Origin: Camelus dromedarius
Lineage: Eukaryota
DNA: 64,000 nt
Direction: 5' to 3'
Assembly (NCBI RefSeq): GCF_036321535.1
Contig: NC_087436.1
Span: forward strand, 52,826,001-52,890,000
Shown here: positions 52,626 to 64,000 of the stretch, piece by piece
How the letters are laid out: the number at the start of each line of letters is the position of its first letter
Position numbering within the stretch: position 1 is the first letter of the stretch
The notes under the pieces: generated by a model
Seen by the model: the letters and a program-made list of their open reading frames with translations, nothing else
What the model was told of the DNA's origin: nothing
Databases searched by the model: none
Position numbers and translations under genes: made by a program

Positions 52626-53819
52626 AAAAAAGAAACAAAGAAAGAAGAGAAAATGGGAGTTAGAAGTATTAATAGAGGAAGCACCACACAAATATTAGTT
52701 ATTCAGAAACTCCAGGGAGCTTTCTAATGCTTTATACATTGGGAAAGACAAGTTGCAGCGGGAAATTACCTTTTGGAAAATTCTAACACCTGCTCTCTAA
52801 TGTAAGTCACGAATGATAAATTATTTACGGATTCCATATACCAATACTCAAATTTTGCACCAGTTAAGAGAAAACCAGACCTTATTCTTAGACTTGCGCA
52901 GGTGTCTTGTGAGTGAAGATTCCATTTCTAGTATCTCTGCCCCATTGGGCAATTACCTGCACAATATACTTTACCATTTAATGACTTGTATACATTTTAA
53001 GCTCTTTTTGTGAGATAAAAAGCCCATACATTAATCTGCTTTAAGATATAGAATTTTAGAGTTGGCAATTATCTTTGAGTTAATTCAGACCAACTCCTTT
53101 ATTTTATAGCCAAGGAAGCAGAGAGTCTTAAGAAGTACAATGACTACCCCAAGGTCCAGCAGCTGGCTGAAGGTAATGACAGTGCAGGGCCTCGAGTTTG
53201 ACTTGGCTCTAATACAAACAATAGCACTTTATTTTCTGATGATTCTTATAAATGGAGTTTTTCCATATGTACATTTCCCAGATAACTAAAACTTAAGCAC
53301 TAAATAATTGTCAGCCATTTTTTGAAATCCATCTAATGTGTGTATTTTATACCTTCCTGCTTTTATAGACAAAGTAAATGGAACTTCACTTTGCCTTTCA
53401 TGGATGACTCATTCAGCTTTATGAGTGTTGCTGTGTTATTATAAACAGAAATCTTAAGAGACTATTGAAATATGAAAAGCTTGGTCGATAGTAATTCTCT
53501 GTGTCTCAGCAAATACTCTGTAAATGTTTGTTAGTGGATTGGTTCTGTACTTTGGCCATCATATTCATCACATGTTAGTAAACGTTACTTTTCAATGGTT
53601 CAGCTTTTCCTCATTGTCCCCCACATCCCTGTCTTTTCAGATGTGTGGTCTAGGACTTCCTAGTCACTAAACTTGATTGTGCATGAAAATGTTAGTTCCT
53701 GTGGCCTGAGGGTGACTCAAATCCTCTTTTTCAGAGCAAGGGATTGAGATTCATGGCAACTATTTTCTTCAGGGGCTTAAAAACAAAAGTTGGTCTGATT
53801 CAAATTGAAGGCTAATTCC

Positions 53820-54170
53820 AGATTGGCATGGATGTCTGTGTCCCTCCAAAATTCAGACGTTGAAATGCTAATCCTCAAGATGATGGAATTAGGAGGTGGA
53901 GAATTTGGAAGGAGATTATTAGGTCATGAGGGCAGAGTCCTGAGGAATGGGATTAGTGCCCTTATAAAGGGACTCCAAACAGATCCTTTCCCCTTCCACC
54001 ATGTGGGAAGGACAGAGCAAAAGCCAGCTCTCTGCAACCCAGAGAGGGCTTTCGCCAGCGCCTGACCACACGGGCACCTAGATCTCAGACTTCCCGCCTC
54101 CACGACTGTGAGATCGAAATGCTTGTTGTTTATGAGGTACCCAGTCTGTACCGGGTGGACTAAGAGAGCA
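53820..54170 (+). mobile_element. MLT1A-like MaLR LTR
   Basis: tgtgtccctccaaaattcagacgttgaaatgctaatcc...aatgggattagtgcccttataaagg. Confidence 0.8.
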
Positions 54171-54221
54171 TGGTACCATGACATACACATATTATTTTTG
54201 CTTATTAAAAAATAATTTCTC

Positions 54222-54345
54222 ATGGAAGAGAATCTGAAAATATATGTATTTATATATGTGCATATATACGTATAACTGAATTGCTTTGCTGTAGACCTGA
54301 AACTCACATTGTAAATCAACTACACTTCAATAAAAAAACAAAATT
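54222..54345 (+). mobile_element. Short L1 3' terminus
   Basis: tataactgaattgctttgctgtagacctgaaact...ttgtaaatcaactacacttcaataaaaaaa. Confidence 0.75.
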
Positions 54346-54449
54346 TAAAAATAACAATTGCTCAACTTTCTCTTCTCCAACCACGCCCTTTCATGTGCCT
54401 TCCCTCCCAATCCCCTTCCTCTTTCTGAACAACTCAGGCCTAAAGATGC

Positions 54450-56450
54450 TAGGTGAGGAGGCAGGGATCCACATAAAGGGACTGATTTGCATGCGGTGTC
54501 AGAGCCCACGAGGAATGAGAAGAGCATCCACATTGGGAAGTGGTGGTCCAGGTCATGGTGTCGGAGCGTGAGAAGGGTGAGGGGGGCATCCATGCAGGGA
54601 TAGGGGCCTGGAGGGAGATGTCAGCTCCCAAGTGGAGTGAGGAAGACCTCCACGTGAGGACAGAGTCCCGGCATGGGGCCTTGGAGCCCAAAAGAGTAAG
54701 GTTGCCATGCTGGAGTGAAAGCAACCTGGTATCAGGTGTTGGAGTCAGAAACTGGGTGAGGAAGGCTTTCAAATGAACCTGGGACGACAGCTCAGGCAGG
54801 GATTCGGAGCCCGAAGAGGATGTCCACACATGGGGTCTTTGGTATAGGGTTTCAGAGCCAGAGTGGGTTGAGGAGGGAATCCACATGGGGGAAGAAGACC
54901 CAGATGGAATTGTCAGAGCTCAAACAGGATAAAGAGGCCATCAGCACAGAGAAAGGCTCAGTGCAGGGTGCTGAAGCCCAGGAGAGGTGAGCAGATCATC
55001 TGTGCAGGGGAAGTGACCTGGCCGGGTGTAGATAAGCCTGAGGGAGGAATGTGCATTTGCAGCAGGAGGAAAGTAGCCTAGTGCAGGGAATCAAAGCCTA
55101 GGCCTGGGGCTGGGATGGGGGTGCTTCACATGGGGCAGGGGCTGCAGCAGATGGATCAAAGAAACGTGACATGGAAGAAAACTAGAATGAATTCTGTGTT
55201 GTTTGATTGGAATTGAAGGTATCAAACTCATAGATACTTATAGATGGCTGTGGGAATTAATGCAGTTGTAAATATGTGCATGTGTGTTTATATATCTGTG
55301 TGTATGTAGCTGTGTGTGCACATGTATATGCCACATAGTATATTCCCTCTCTATAACCACTGATAAGGCCCTGGAGCAGTGATCACTCCCACTGCCACCC
55401 CACTCCCAACAGCAATTGGCACACCAAGCACCTGGATCATGGCTTATACATCAGTCTCCAACGAAAGGGATAAGGGCTCTTTGAAAAAATAACTGATTCC
55501 AGAAATAGGATTAGCAAAGCACAAAATGAGCCTGGGTGTCTTTTCCTCCCAAAGAAATGCTCCAGAGAGATAGGAACATGTCAAAAACACACTGCATCCG
55601 CTGGAAGGGGCTCCTACCAGCCAAATCTGGGAACATTAGTCACAAGGGTAAACAATGGTAGTAAAACTTACAATGCATTGAATAAAATAAGAAATCATGG
55701 ATTCAGCAATATAGCTAGCTAGCTAGATGATAGATAAAAAGTTTGATAAGAAATAGAATGAGGAGCAAAATTTCAAAGCACCTCTCCATAAAACACGTAT
55801 TACAAAAAGAAGACAAATAACTTCACAGTGGAGAAACCTGGCCATCTATCCCTTAATCACCTGATCCAAGTAAATGGCATCAATATTGGGACAAACTGAA
55901 ATCATGAGCCACCGGAAAGAACACATTGAGAACAGAGCATCATCTCTGTGATATTCCCATTAAAGCTGCAGCATCTGAACATAATCATGAGGGAACAACA
56001 GACAAATTCAAACTGGGAGGTATTTTACAAAATAAGTGGTCTATAATCTTAAAAAAAGTGTCAGTCATGAAATTCAAAGAAAGGCTGATGGATTATTCCA
56101 GTCTGAGGAAGAAAAAAACAAAACATGGCAGCTAAATGCAATCCATGATTCTATAACTTCATCCGTTTGCAATAGAGGACATTTTTGAGGCAAATGGAGA
56201 AACTTGAGTGGGGTCTGTGGACTTAATGTGGATTTGATGGTAGTGATGTAGGAATGGTAATGTCCTGGTTTTGATTGTTATCCTGCAGTTATGTAGAAGA
56301 ATATCCTTGTTTGTAAAGAATATACCTCAAAGTATTTGGGGGTGATGGGTATCAGGTCAGCTACTTACTGTGAGATGGTTTACGGAATAAAAGAGTTCTT
56401 TGTATTGTATTGTAATTATTCTGTAAGTTTGAGATTATTTTTTTAAATGT
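54450..56450 (+). mobile_element. Old L1 3' region (L1MC4-like) with its degenerate G-rich ~50-bp tandem array
   Basis: Repeated gtgtcagagccc...gggtgaggaggg.catccacatggggg units at 54450-55150, then typical old L1 3'UTR sequence. Confidence 0.6.
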
Positions 56451-57089
56451 GTGTGTATTTTAATACTTATCTGTTCATGGCTCAAAAGTCACCTTCTCAG
56501 TGAGGTCTTCCATGACAATCCCTCTAAAACTGCAGCCTCTGCCCAGCACTCCACATTCTCCCATCCAGACCTGTTTTCTTCATAGTGCTTACCCTCAGAC
56601 ATTTGATATAGTTTACTTGTTTGTTCTCTATCTGTGTCCTTACCCAACTCCATCTCATTACAAGAATGTAAGTTCCTTAAACGCAAGACTCTGTTTTTGT
56701 TCACTGTTGTAAACCACTGTCTAGAATAGTAGCTAATATATGATGAATTTTCAAGAGATATTCATTGTGACTGAATGTAGTCGGTTGTTCAGAAACAGAC
56801 TCTATTTTTGCTCTATAAATTGGTGGCTCTTTGATCAAAAATTCAGAAGGCATTTTGTTCCATTAGTAAAATGGTCTAGGTATATTAAATAAGGTAGGGG
56901 ATTAAGGTTTCTTAGAACCAAATTAATTCTCTCATCTCAACTTCTAATTAAAAATAAAATCCCAGAAGTAAATATATGAGTAGATATCAATAAAGCAATA
57001 AAATATATCTCACAAGTTTGTAAAAAAATATATCACCATATATCTCACATATTAACATGTGGCTTATTTAAAGTCATCCTTATCTTGTA

Positions 57090-57515
57090 CATGGATGGAT
57101 GAATGAATAAAAAGAAGTGGTATATACATGCAATGGAATATTACTTAGCCTTAAAAATGAAGAAAGTCCTGCCACTTGTAACAACATTCATGACCCTGAA
57201 GCGCATGACACTGAGTGACATAAGCCAGTCACAGAAGGACAAATACTACACAATCTCACTCACATAAGGTGTCTAAAATGGGCAAACTCCTAGATGCAGA
57301 GCACTGATTGCCAAGGGTAGGGGGCAGGGGAAATGAGGAGTTGCTAATCAACAGGTATAAAGTTTCAGTTATGCAAGATGAATAAATTCTAGCCATCTGT
57401 TGTACAACATCATGCTTATAATTAACAATATTGTATTGCACACTTAAAATATGTTAAAAGGGTAAATTTCTTATTAAGAGTTCTTAGTGCAATAAAATAA
57501 AAATAAAAATTTAAA
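57090..57515 (+). mobile_element. Old L1 3' end (L1MA-like)
   Basis: atggatgaatgaataaaaagaagtggtatatacatgcaatggaatatt...gtttcagttatgcaagatgaataa...aataaaataaaa. Confidence 0.8.
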
Positions 57516-58249
57516 AAAATACATACCTTGCTTATATTCGGATTTTGTCACACAGTTGTCAATATACACAACTCCCTGAATATTAATTATTTCTTAATAG
57601 TCCACAGACCACTCTTTCATTAAGTCAAAATTTTGCCTCTCTAATATTTGTGAATTTCACTTATATTGAAAATGACTGTTGAGTATTATATTGAGTCTTA
57701 GAAATTTAGCACCATTATGCATATTTAAGCTGATTTTGAATAGAGTTACAAATTAGCATCAATAATTTATGGCAACTTTAAACCTTACTGGTATGTAGAT
57801 ATGTATTTTTAATTCACTATCTCAAATATTGGTAACATTTAAAAACATCTGTGTTTCTCCTCTATCATATAACTCTAACACATAGAAATTTGACTTCTTA
57901 TGTCCTGGAAATATGCATCTTTTTTTAGAAATAGGGCTGCTTGTTGACAACATCACATATCTACAAGGCAATTCTGAAACCAGGGCAATGAAACAGTTTC
58001 TTGTGTAATGAAATATGGTTTCCCAGTAACTCTTAGTGTCCACTTTTTTGCTTTCTTGTGTGTGTTCCATTTGTGGCTTCAGATGTGCTCATAAACTAGT
58101 ATGATAATCACCACAATTGCACATGGTAGCTGAGGAATAATTTTCAATATTGTGTAATTCATATTACAGTTGAATATGTAAGTCTAAATATGGCACCAGT
58201 CAAGTGCACTATCAATTCTTTATACTACTATACAGATTTACACATTGCC

Positions 58250-58860
58250 GTAAGAGACAGCACAAATTGCAATAAAGATGATGCCAATGAAATTTTAAAT
58301 ATTTGTAAAATCTTATAAGGTAACAATAATTTATCATATGCAAACCAATGACAACACTTGAAGTAAAATTCATCATTCATTACCAAATCTAAGTGTTACA
58401 TTAAGAACTATATTAAAAATTCAGATGTTACTGCCTCAGCAAAATTTTGCCCAATTAAAATTCATTTTGAAAACTATTCAAATGTTTTGATGAATCAAGA
58501 AATATCTAATTTGGCATACTGTCAACATATATCAAATGAAAATCTTGATCATAACATAATTAGTGACATTTCTAAAATGAGAGCAGGAATAATTATTATG
58601 GAGTAAATAAATAATGATTTATTAATTACATATATCTTTATTTATACTAACTAAAAATCACTGGTCCATCAACAAAAGGCCAGACGTGCCAACCATAATT
58701 AAAATCAGTCATCCTTCACATATTCTAACTTGGAGTTAAATAACAGCGATTCAAAATTTTTTTTAATTTTTGTCATCATAATTTTTCCAATGCAGAGAGA
58801 CAAAAGATATTTTATTTAACAAAGCTGGCTTAATTTTTAACATATCTATGTTCAGGAATA
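58250..58860 (+). mobile_element. hAT-family (Zaphod/Tip100-like) transposase relic
   Basis: gttactgcctcagca...aattaaaattcatt..aaaactatt...atgaatcaagaa..atctaatttggcatactgtca resembles the decayed hAT C-terminal dimerisation motif (VTxASAERSFSKLKLIKNYLRSTMxQERLSNLAILS). Confidence 0.5.
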
Positions 58861-61039
58861 TAGTATATGTATTCCCAAAAGTGCTAGGGTTTGATTTATT
58901 CAGTCATTACATAAATGTATGAAGTAAGTATTGTTTCATTCACAAGGAACTGAGAATTTGTATCTTATTTACCTGCCTCATTTAGAGTTTATCAGCTGTC
59001 ACAGTTTGTGATATTAAAAAGAGATGACTCCCCATACTAAAGAATCCCATTGAAGATGCAAAAGAAAATGCAATAATAGGATAATAATAGAAATTGGTTA
59101 CTCATCAAGATACTGATATCTGTATTGTTTTATTTCCTGTCCTACATAAACAGTATACTTCTTAGTGCTTTATTATAATCTAATAAATCTAATCTATTGA
59201 TACTAATAGAATTATTGCATATATCATGTCAGACATTATTATGAATTTAAAAGATTCTCCCAGAACTGTTAGAAAATAGTTGACTTATTATATTATAACC
59301 ATTCTATTAAAACCTTAGGGATGTGAATCTAATAATTAGAGTTGTATATTGACAAAGTTTTGTCCCATTAAATAGTTAAATAAATTGGTGATGAAGATGA
59401 CAGCTTTTATCTTGACCCAGATATTTTTGAGACTCCCTGTCTCTAAAGTATACCAACATTCTTAAATGTGAATTATTCTAGACTCTTAGATAATAAAAAC
59501 ATATTTGAGACAAGCTTTATTATTGAAATATATGTTTATATTGTTTTATTGCCACATCTCTTTCTTCCCCAGAGTATCTCTTCTATATCAAGTAAATTTC
59601 CTATGGCTTCCTGGAAATGTATATATTCTATATTTTGAAGACTTCCAGGGCACATGAACCCCATCTTCTCAATAATACAGACAGTTTCAATACAGAGTAC
59701 AGAAGAGCATCAATAAGATGTGTTTCTACTGGAGATGAGTGCGGAAGAATGGAAAGGATGCTTGAGGGGAAGATTAAAGAAAAAGGAGACATAGTAATTG
59801 ATGTAGGCTTTTGGAAAGAGCAAAGGTAGCTGCAATCTGGAGAAATCTAGGGAAAGAAAAGAGATGTGTAAAGGGTGTTTTATGAAGTTTGCCATGTGCT
59901 TTGCTATTTAAACTCACCCTCCTTCAATTTATAGCCTTAAAGTGAGTTTAATTTGTAGGTTGTAGTCTTTTCTAATGTCACTGAAAAGAAAGACTTATCT
60001 ATTAAGATAAAATGTTATCCAAATCATTTACTATCTGAAATCATCTCTATGCACAAGTTGTACATGGAAATGTGTGGAGACAGTAGAGGGCTTAGGACAA
60101 AGCCCTGGGAAACTGCCATCCTGCAGTCAGGTAGTGAAGAGGCTATTAAAATGACAGATGGAGAGGAAAAAGATCAACCCCATAGATTCTGGAAATCAGG
60201 AAAAGACCGTGTTTGGAGCAGAGTGGTCATGTCCCTGAGAGGTAAGAAAGAGGCAAAGAACTGACCCCTGGGTTGGGCAACATGACAACATGGACAAGAG
60301 CATTTTTGGGGGCCTGATGGGAAAGAAACTCAGTTATAAGCGGGTTGAAGAGAGACTTGGAGGCGAAAACAAGAGACAATCATCTGCATAGTAAAGTCTT
60401 ACAAGAAGGTTTTCAGCGGGGAGCAAAGAAAATGTGGCTGCTGGAGGGAGGCCTATGGGAGGAAGAGGAACTCTTTCTTACCTTTAACCAGAGAAAAGCA
60501 GGACAGATGGGTGCGGATGGGGGAAAGGGACACATTTTGGCATTAGTAGGAGGAGCAGGTTTTCATGAAATGAGGTCGTGGATTGAGATGGAGGGTGCAG
60601 AGGTGGGTTAGGTTACTGATTCTTAAACGTAGCTGCACACTGGAGTCACCTGGCAAGTTTTAAGTCATGCTTGTGCTTAGATCCAACCCCCAGAGATTCT
60701 GACTTAATTGGCATGGGGTGAAGCCAGGGTGTTATGAGTTACCATATCTGCCCAGGTGATCTAATAGCAGCAGATTTTGGGAACCACCGGGTAACATTTT
60801 TGAGGATAGAGAAGGTATTAGGCATCCATTAGTTGCCTAAATCCAGACCACCTGCTATGTGGAAAACAAAAGGAATAGGACTCATTTCTTGCTTTCAAGG
60901 ATTCTACAAATCTGTAAGAAATCTAAAATCTGTTCAGGAAATATGAAAATAATTTAGGAACATTAGCCACTTTAAACATATTAAAGAAAGTAAGTTACAA
61001 ACCTATTCAATTATGCAGAATAAGGGGAAAAGGGATCAA

Positions 61040-61822
61040 TTTTATTTATTTATTTATTTACTTGCTTACTTATTTACTTATTTATTCAATTGAAGTGCAG
61101 TTGATTTACAATGGTGTTGTTAATTTCAGGTGTATACAGCAAAGTGATTCAGTTTTATATATATACTTTTTCAGATTCTTTTCCAGTGTACATTATTATA
61201 AGCTATTCAATATAGTTCTCTGTGTTATACAGTAGGTCCTTGTTGTTTATCTATTTTATATATAGTAGCATGTATCTGTTAATTCCAAACTCCTTATTTA
61301 TCCCTCCCCTCCCAACCCCCTTCCCCTTTGGTAACCATAAGTTTGTTTTCTATGTCTGTGAGTCTGTTTTGTAAATAAGTTCACTTGTATCATTTTTTTA
61401 AATTACACATATAAATGCATCATATGATACTTGTCTTTGTTTGACTTACTTCACTTATTATGATAATCTCTAGGTCTCTCCATATTATTGCAAATGGTAT
61501 TATTTCATTCTTTTTTACATTACATTCTTTTTATATATAAAATGGAATACTACACATCTTCTTTATCCAATCATCTGTTGATGGGCATTTAGGCTGCTTC
61601 CACATCTTGGCTATTGTAAATAGTGATGCTATAAACCTTAGGGTGCACGTATCTTTCTGAAATAGAGTTTCCATCTTTTCCGGGTATATGCCCAGGAGTG
61701 GGACTGCTGGATCAACGGCAACTCTGTTTTTAGTCTTTTAAGGAACCTCCATACTGTTCTCCATAGTGGCTGTACCAATTTACATTCCCATTAACAGCAT
61801 AGGAGGGTTCCCTTTTCTCCAC
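61040..61822 (-). mobile_element. Truncated artiodactyl-type L1 3' end
   Basis: (TTTA)n tail, antisense L1 3'UTR and ORF2 C-terminus; approximate TSD ggatcaatttt / ggatcagtttt. Confidence 0.85.
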
Positions 61823-63030
61823 AAGTGGATCAGTTTTAGAGATGATGGTTCAGGGAAGCAATATGAACAAAAGCAGATGATCAAGGAAAATATGGGAAAA
61901 CATATTTCTGGGGAACTGAGGGACGGGGTGGGAGAGAGAGTTTTCACCATATACTTTTGTTTCAACCTCTTAAATGGTGAAACATGTAAAAATTTAACTT
62001 TTCAAAAATAAATAAATAAACTTTTTAATGGGAAAAGATCAATCTGGATTGAAAGACAAGAATAGTGAAAAGTGAAGGTAAGGAAATACAGAGGAGCCAG
62101 TTGATAAAGTACTGAAAGTGCTAACAGTATCCACAGAAATACAATGTTTTCTCTGTCATTTCATCTTGAGAGGCAGAATACTAGTTTAAGTGGTAACATC
62201 ATAGTAGTGAAATGAAGCTTAGCAGGCACAAAGTAAAAAGCCAGTGTGGAATCCTGTGTTTGCTGAGCTGATCTAAACTTTCTACTGATAGAAAATGTAG
62301 AGTCAGATGAAATATGTTTCTTATTGCTGTTCATTAGGAAAAAAAAAATTGTTTGTTTCAAAGAACTTTGTAGCCCTTAAGTCATTAATCACTTTAAAGA
62401 AATATTCATGTTCTTTCATGTGGCTTCTTTTGCTGAAGAGAGGGTAGGGGATAAGGTTAAGTTTTCTTCAATTCTCTTGTCATGATTCACAATTACATTG
62501 TAAAGCAACTTCTCATTAATGCAGGATGTTTAAGTGCCTTAGACAATTTAGAGAAAAGCTGTGTTCAAGGGCATAACAACACTGAGTATTAACTGTAAAC
62601 TGAAATGATAAATTGCTGAAAACAAGCTAAGTCAGTTAATGTGGCCTATTGCTCCACAGTATGATAGTAAATACTGTAAGTTTTTCAATAGGTGGAACTA
62701 TGTTAGGTGCTGAAATAAAACACACAAACACAAAACTTGATATGTTAAAGATAAGGCATAAAACAGTGAAACTGAGGTAATATTCTGCATTATGAAATTA
62801 TCATTTCTTTACTCTATCTTTTAATGGAAAATTTTGATGTATTTATTTGCTTTGTTTTTTAAAATTCATTTAGATAGTTTTTCACCTTTGTAAAGTAAAA
62901 ATAGTCACATGAAATATTGCCAGTAGTCATTCTCCATGCTAATAATGTTTTCTTGGTATAATGCTTAAAAATAATAGAGTTGAAAAAGTACTTCACAGAA
63001 CGCATGCAATCTTTACAATAACCGTCTTAC

Positions 63031-63220
63031 CATTCCCATTTTGCCCAAGAGAAGTGTAGTGGTCACAGACGCTGATTTGATCGATGTCTCTTAGCTGCGA
63101 TGTGTCGATGTCAAATTCACAGTATCTGAATTCAGTTTTTCTCCTCTTTCCACTATTGCCTCATTGCTCCTTATCTTTTGTGGTCCACATTGGTACGCTG
63201 TGAACGCTTGTACAAATTCC
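63031..63220 (-). other. Candidate exon (190 nt): a 5' UTR exon of the Sel1 gene or the terminal exon of a neighbouring minus-strand gene
   Basis: Long T-rich tract then catgcAG before 63220; ATG|gtaaga after 63031. Locally raised CpG in non-repetitive sequence. Every frame contains a stop. Minus-strand AATAAA at 62842-62847. Confidence 0.45.
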
Positions 63221-64000
63221 CTGCATGTTATTTTAGGATAGCCAAAGCAAAACAAAATTAACAACAAAAACATTTACATAGATAAACTTGTCTATTAAAG
63301 GCAGTTGAGCACAATGTCAAACAATAAAGTATCCTTTACGTGGTAAAAAGAGAGTGGCTGAGAAGCCAGCCTGGTGCATTCAAATCAGATACTGGGGTTG
63401 CCCTTTATTAAAAAAAAAATTTTAAGGACAAAACATGATGCAAAACATAGTTTTGGCCCCAAACAATGTTGAGGCCAAATGTGTTAGACTTAAAACTTTG
63501 CATGACTACAAAGCAAAGTTTACAATTTTTTTCCTCCCCTACATGAAGATACCACCTGTAGCAGTTTCATCACCATTAAAATTTTTTTATTGAACTTTAA
63601 CCAGAATTTTCAAAATGTAAATATTCAATTTCAACAATGTTTTGCCATACTGGTTATCTCTCCTGCCTTAAAAAAATTCTTATTTTGGCTGGAACATTTT
63701 AAAGGAAATTCCAGAAATTCTTTCATCTTTCCTCTAAATATTTTAGTGTACGTCTTTAAAAATAATAAAATAAGGGACATGTCTTTGCATAACTAAATGC
63801 CATTATTTTATCTAATAACATTAACAATAATTCCTCAATATTATCTAATGCTAAGTTCACATTCAAATTTCCCCAGTTATCCAAATTAAAAAAAAAACAA
63901 AACAAAATTGTGGACAAAAATCGCAGCTTCCAAACAAGGTACACACACATTATCGGGTTGTACTGTCTCTTAATTCTTTTTTAAAATCTCTTAATCTAGA

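Noticed and set aside
54450..55150. Array of ~50-bp G-rich units that might suggest a CRISPR-like array
   Set aside because: Degenerate tandem units with no unique spacers, continuous with old L1 3'UTR, in mammalian DNA.
63130..63165. AIVERGEKL, resembling the R-SNARE ERGEKL motif
   Set aside because: Too short, the surrounding heptads are missing and a stop follows soon after; likely chance.

Overview
Mammalian nuclear DNA, very probably camelid (camel/alpaca/llama), judged from three copies of a tRNA-derived SINE matching the camelid Vic-1 type. Much of the window is decayed interspersed repeat (an old ~5.7 kb L1, L1 3' stubs, HAL1, MLT1 and ERV LTRs, MER5/MER3, MIR, L2, a hAT transposase relic). 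The main signal is hidden from the ORF track because it is split across introns: an apparently intact five-exon gene on the minus strand (35626/35696-35345, 22188-22047, 21888-21843, 18417-18331, 17089-16957). All four introns are GT-AG and the phases match (0,1,2,2). It encodes about 229 aa: a basic low-complexity N-terminus, one predicted transmembrane helix, then two 36-aa Sel1-like repeats. I do not recognise it as any named mammalian Sel1-repeat gene. Other points: a clean L1 3' transduction inside its first intron, a 5'-inverted L1, a perfect 26-bp inverted repeat, a candidate exon near 63.1 kb and a CTCF-like motif. Repeat subfamily names come from visual recognition, not RepeatMasker, and their boundaries are approximate.
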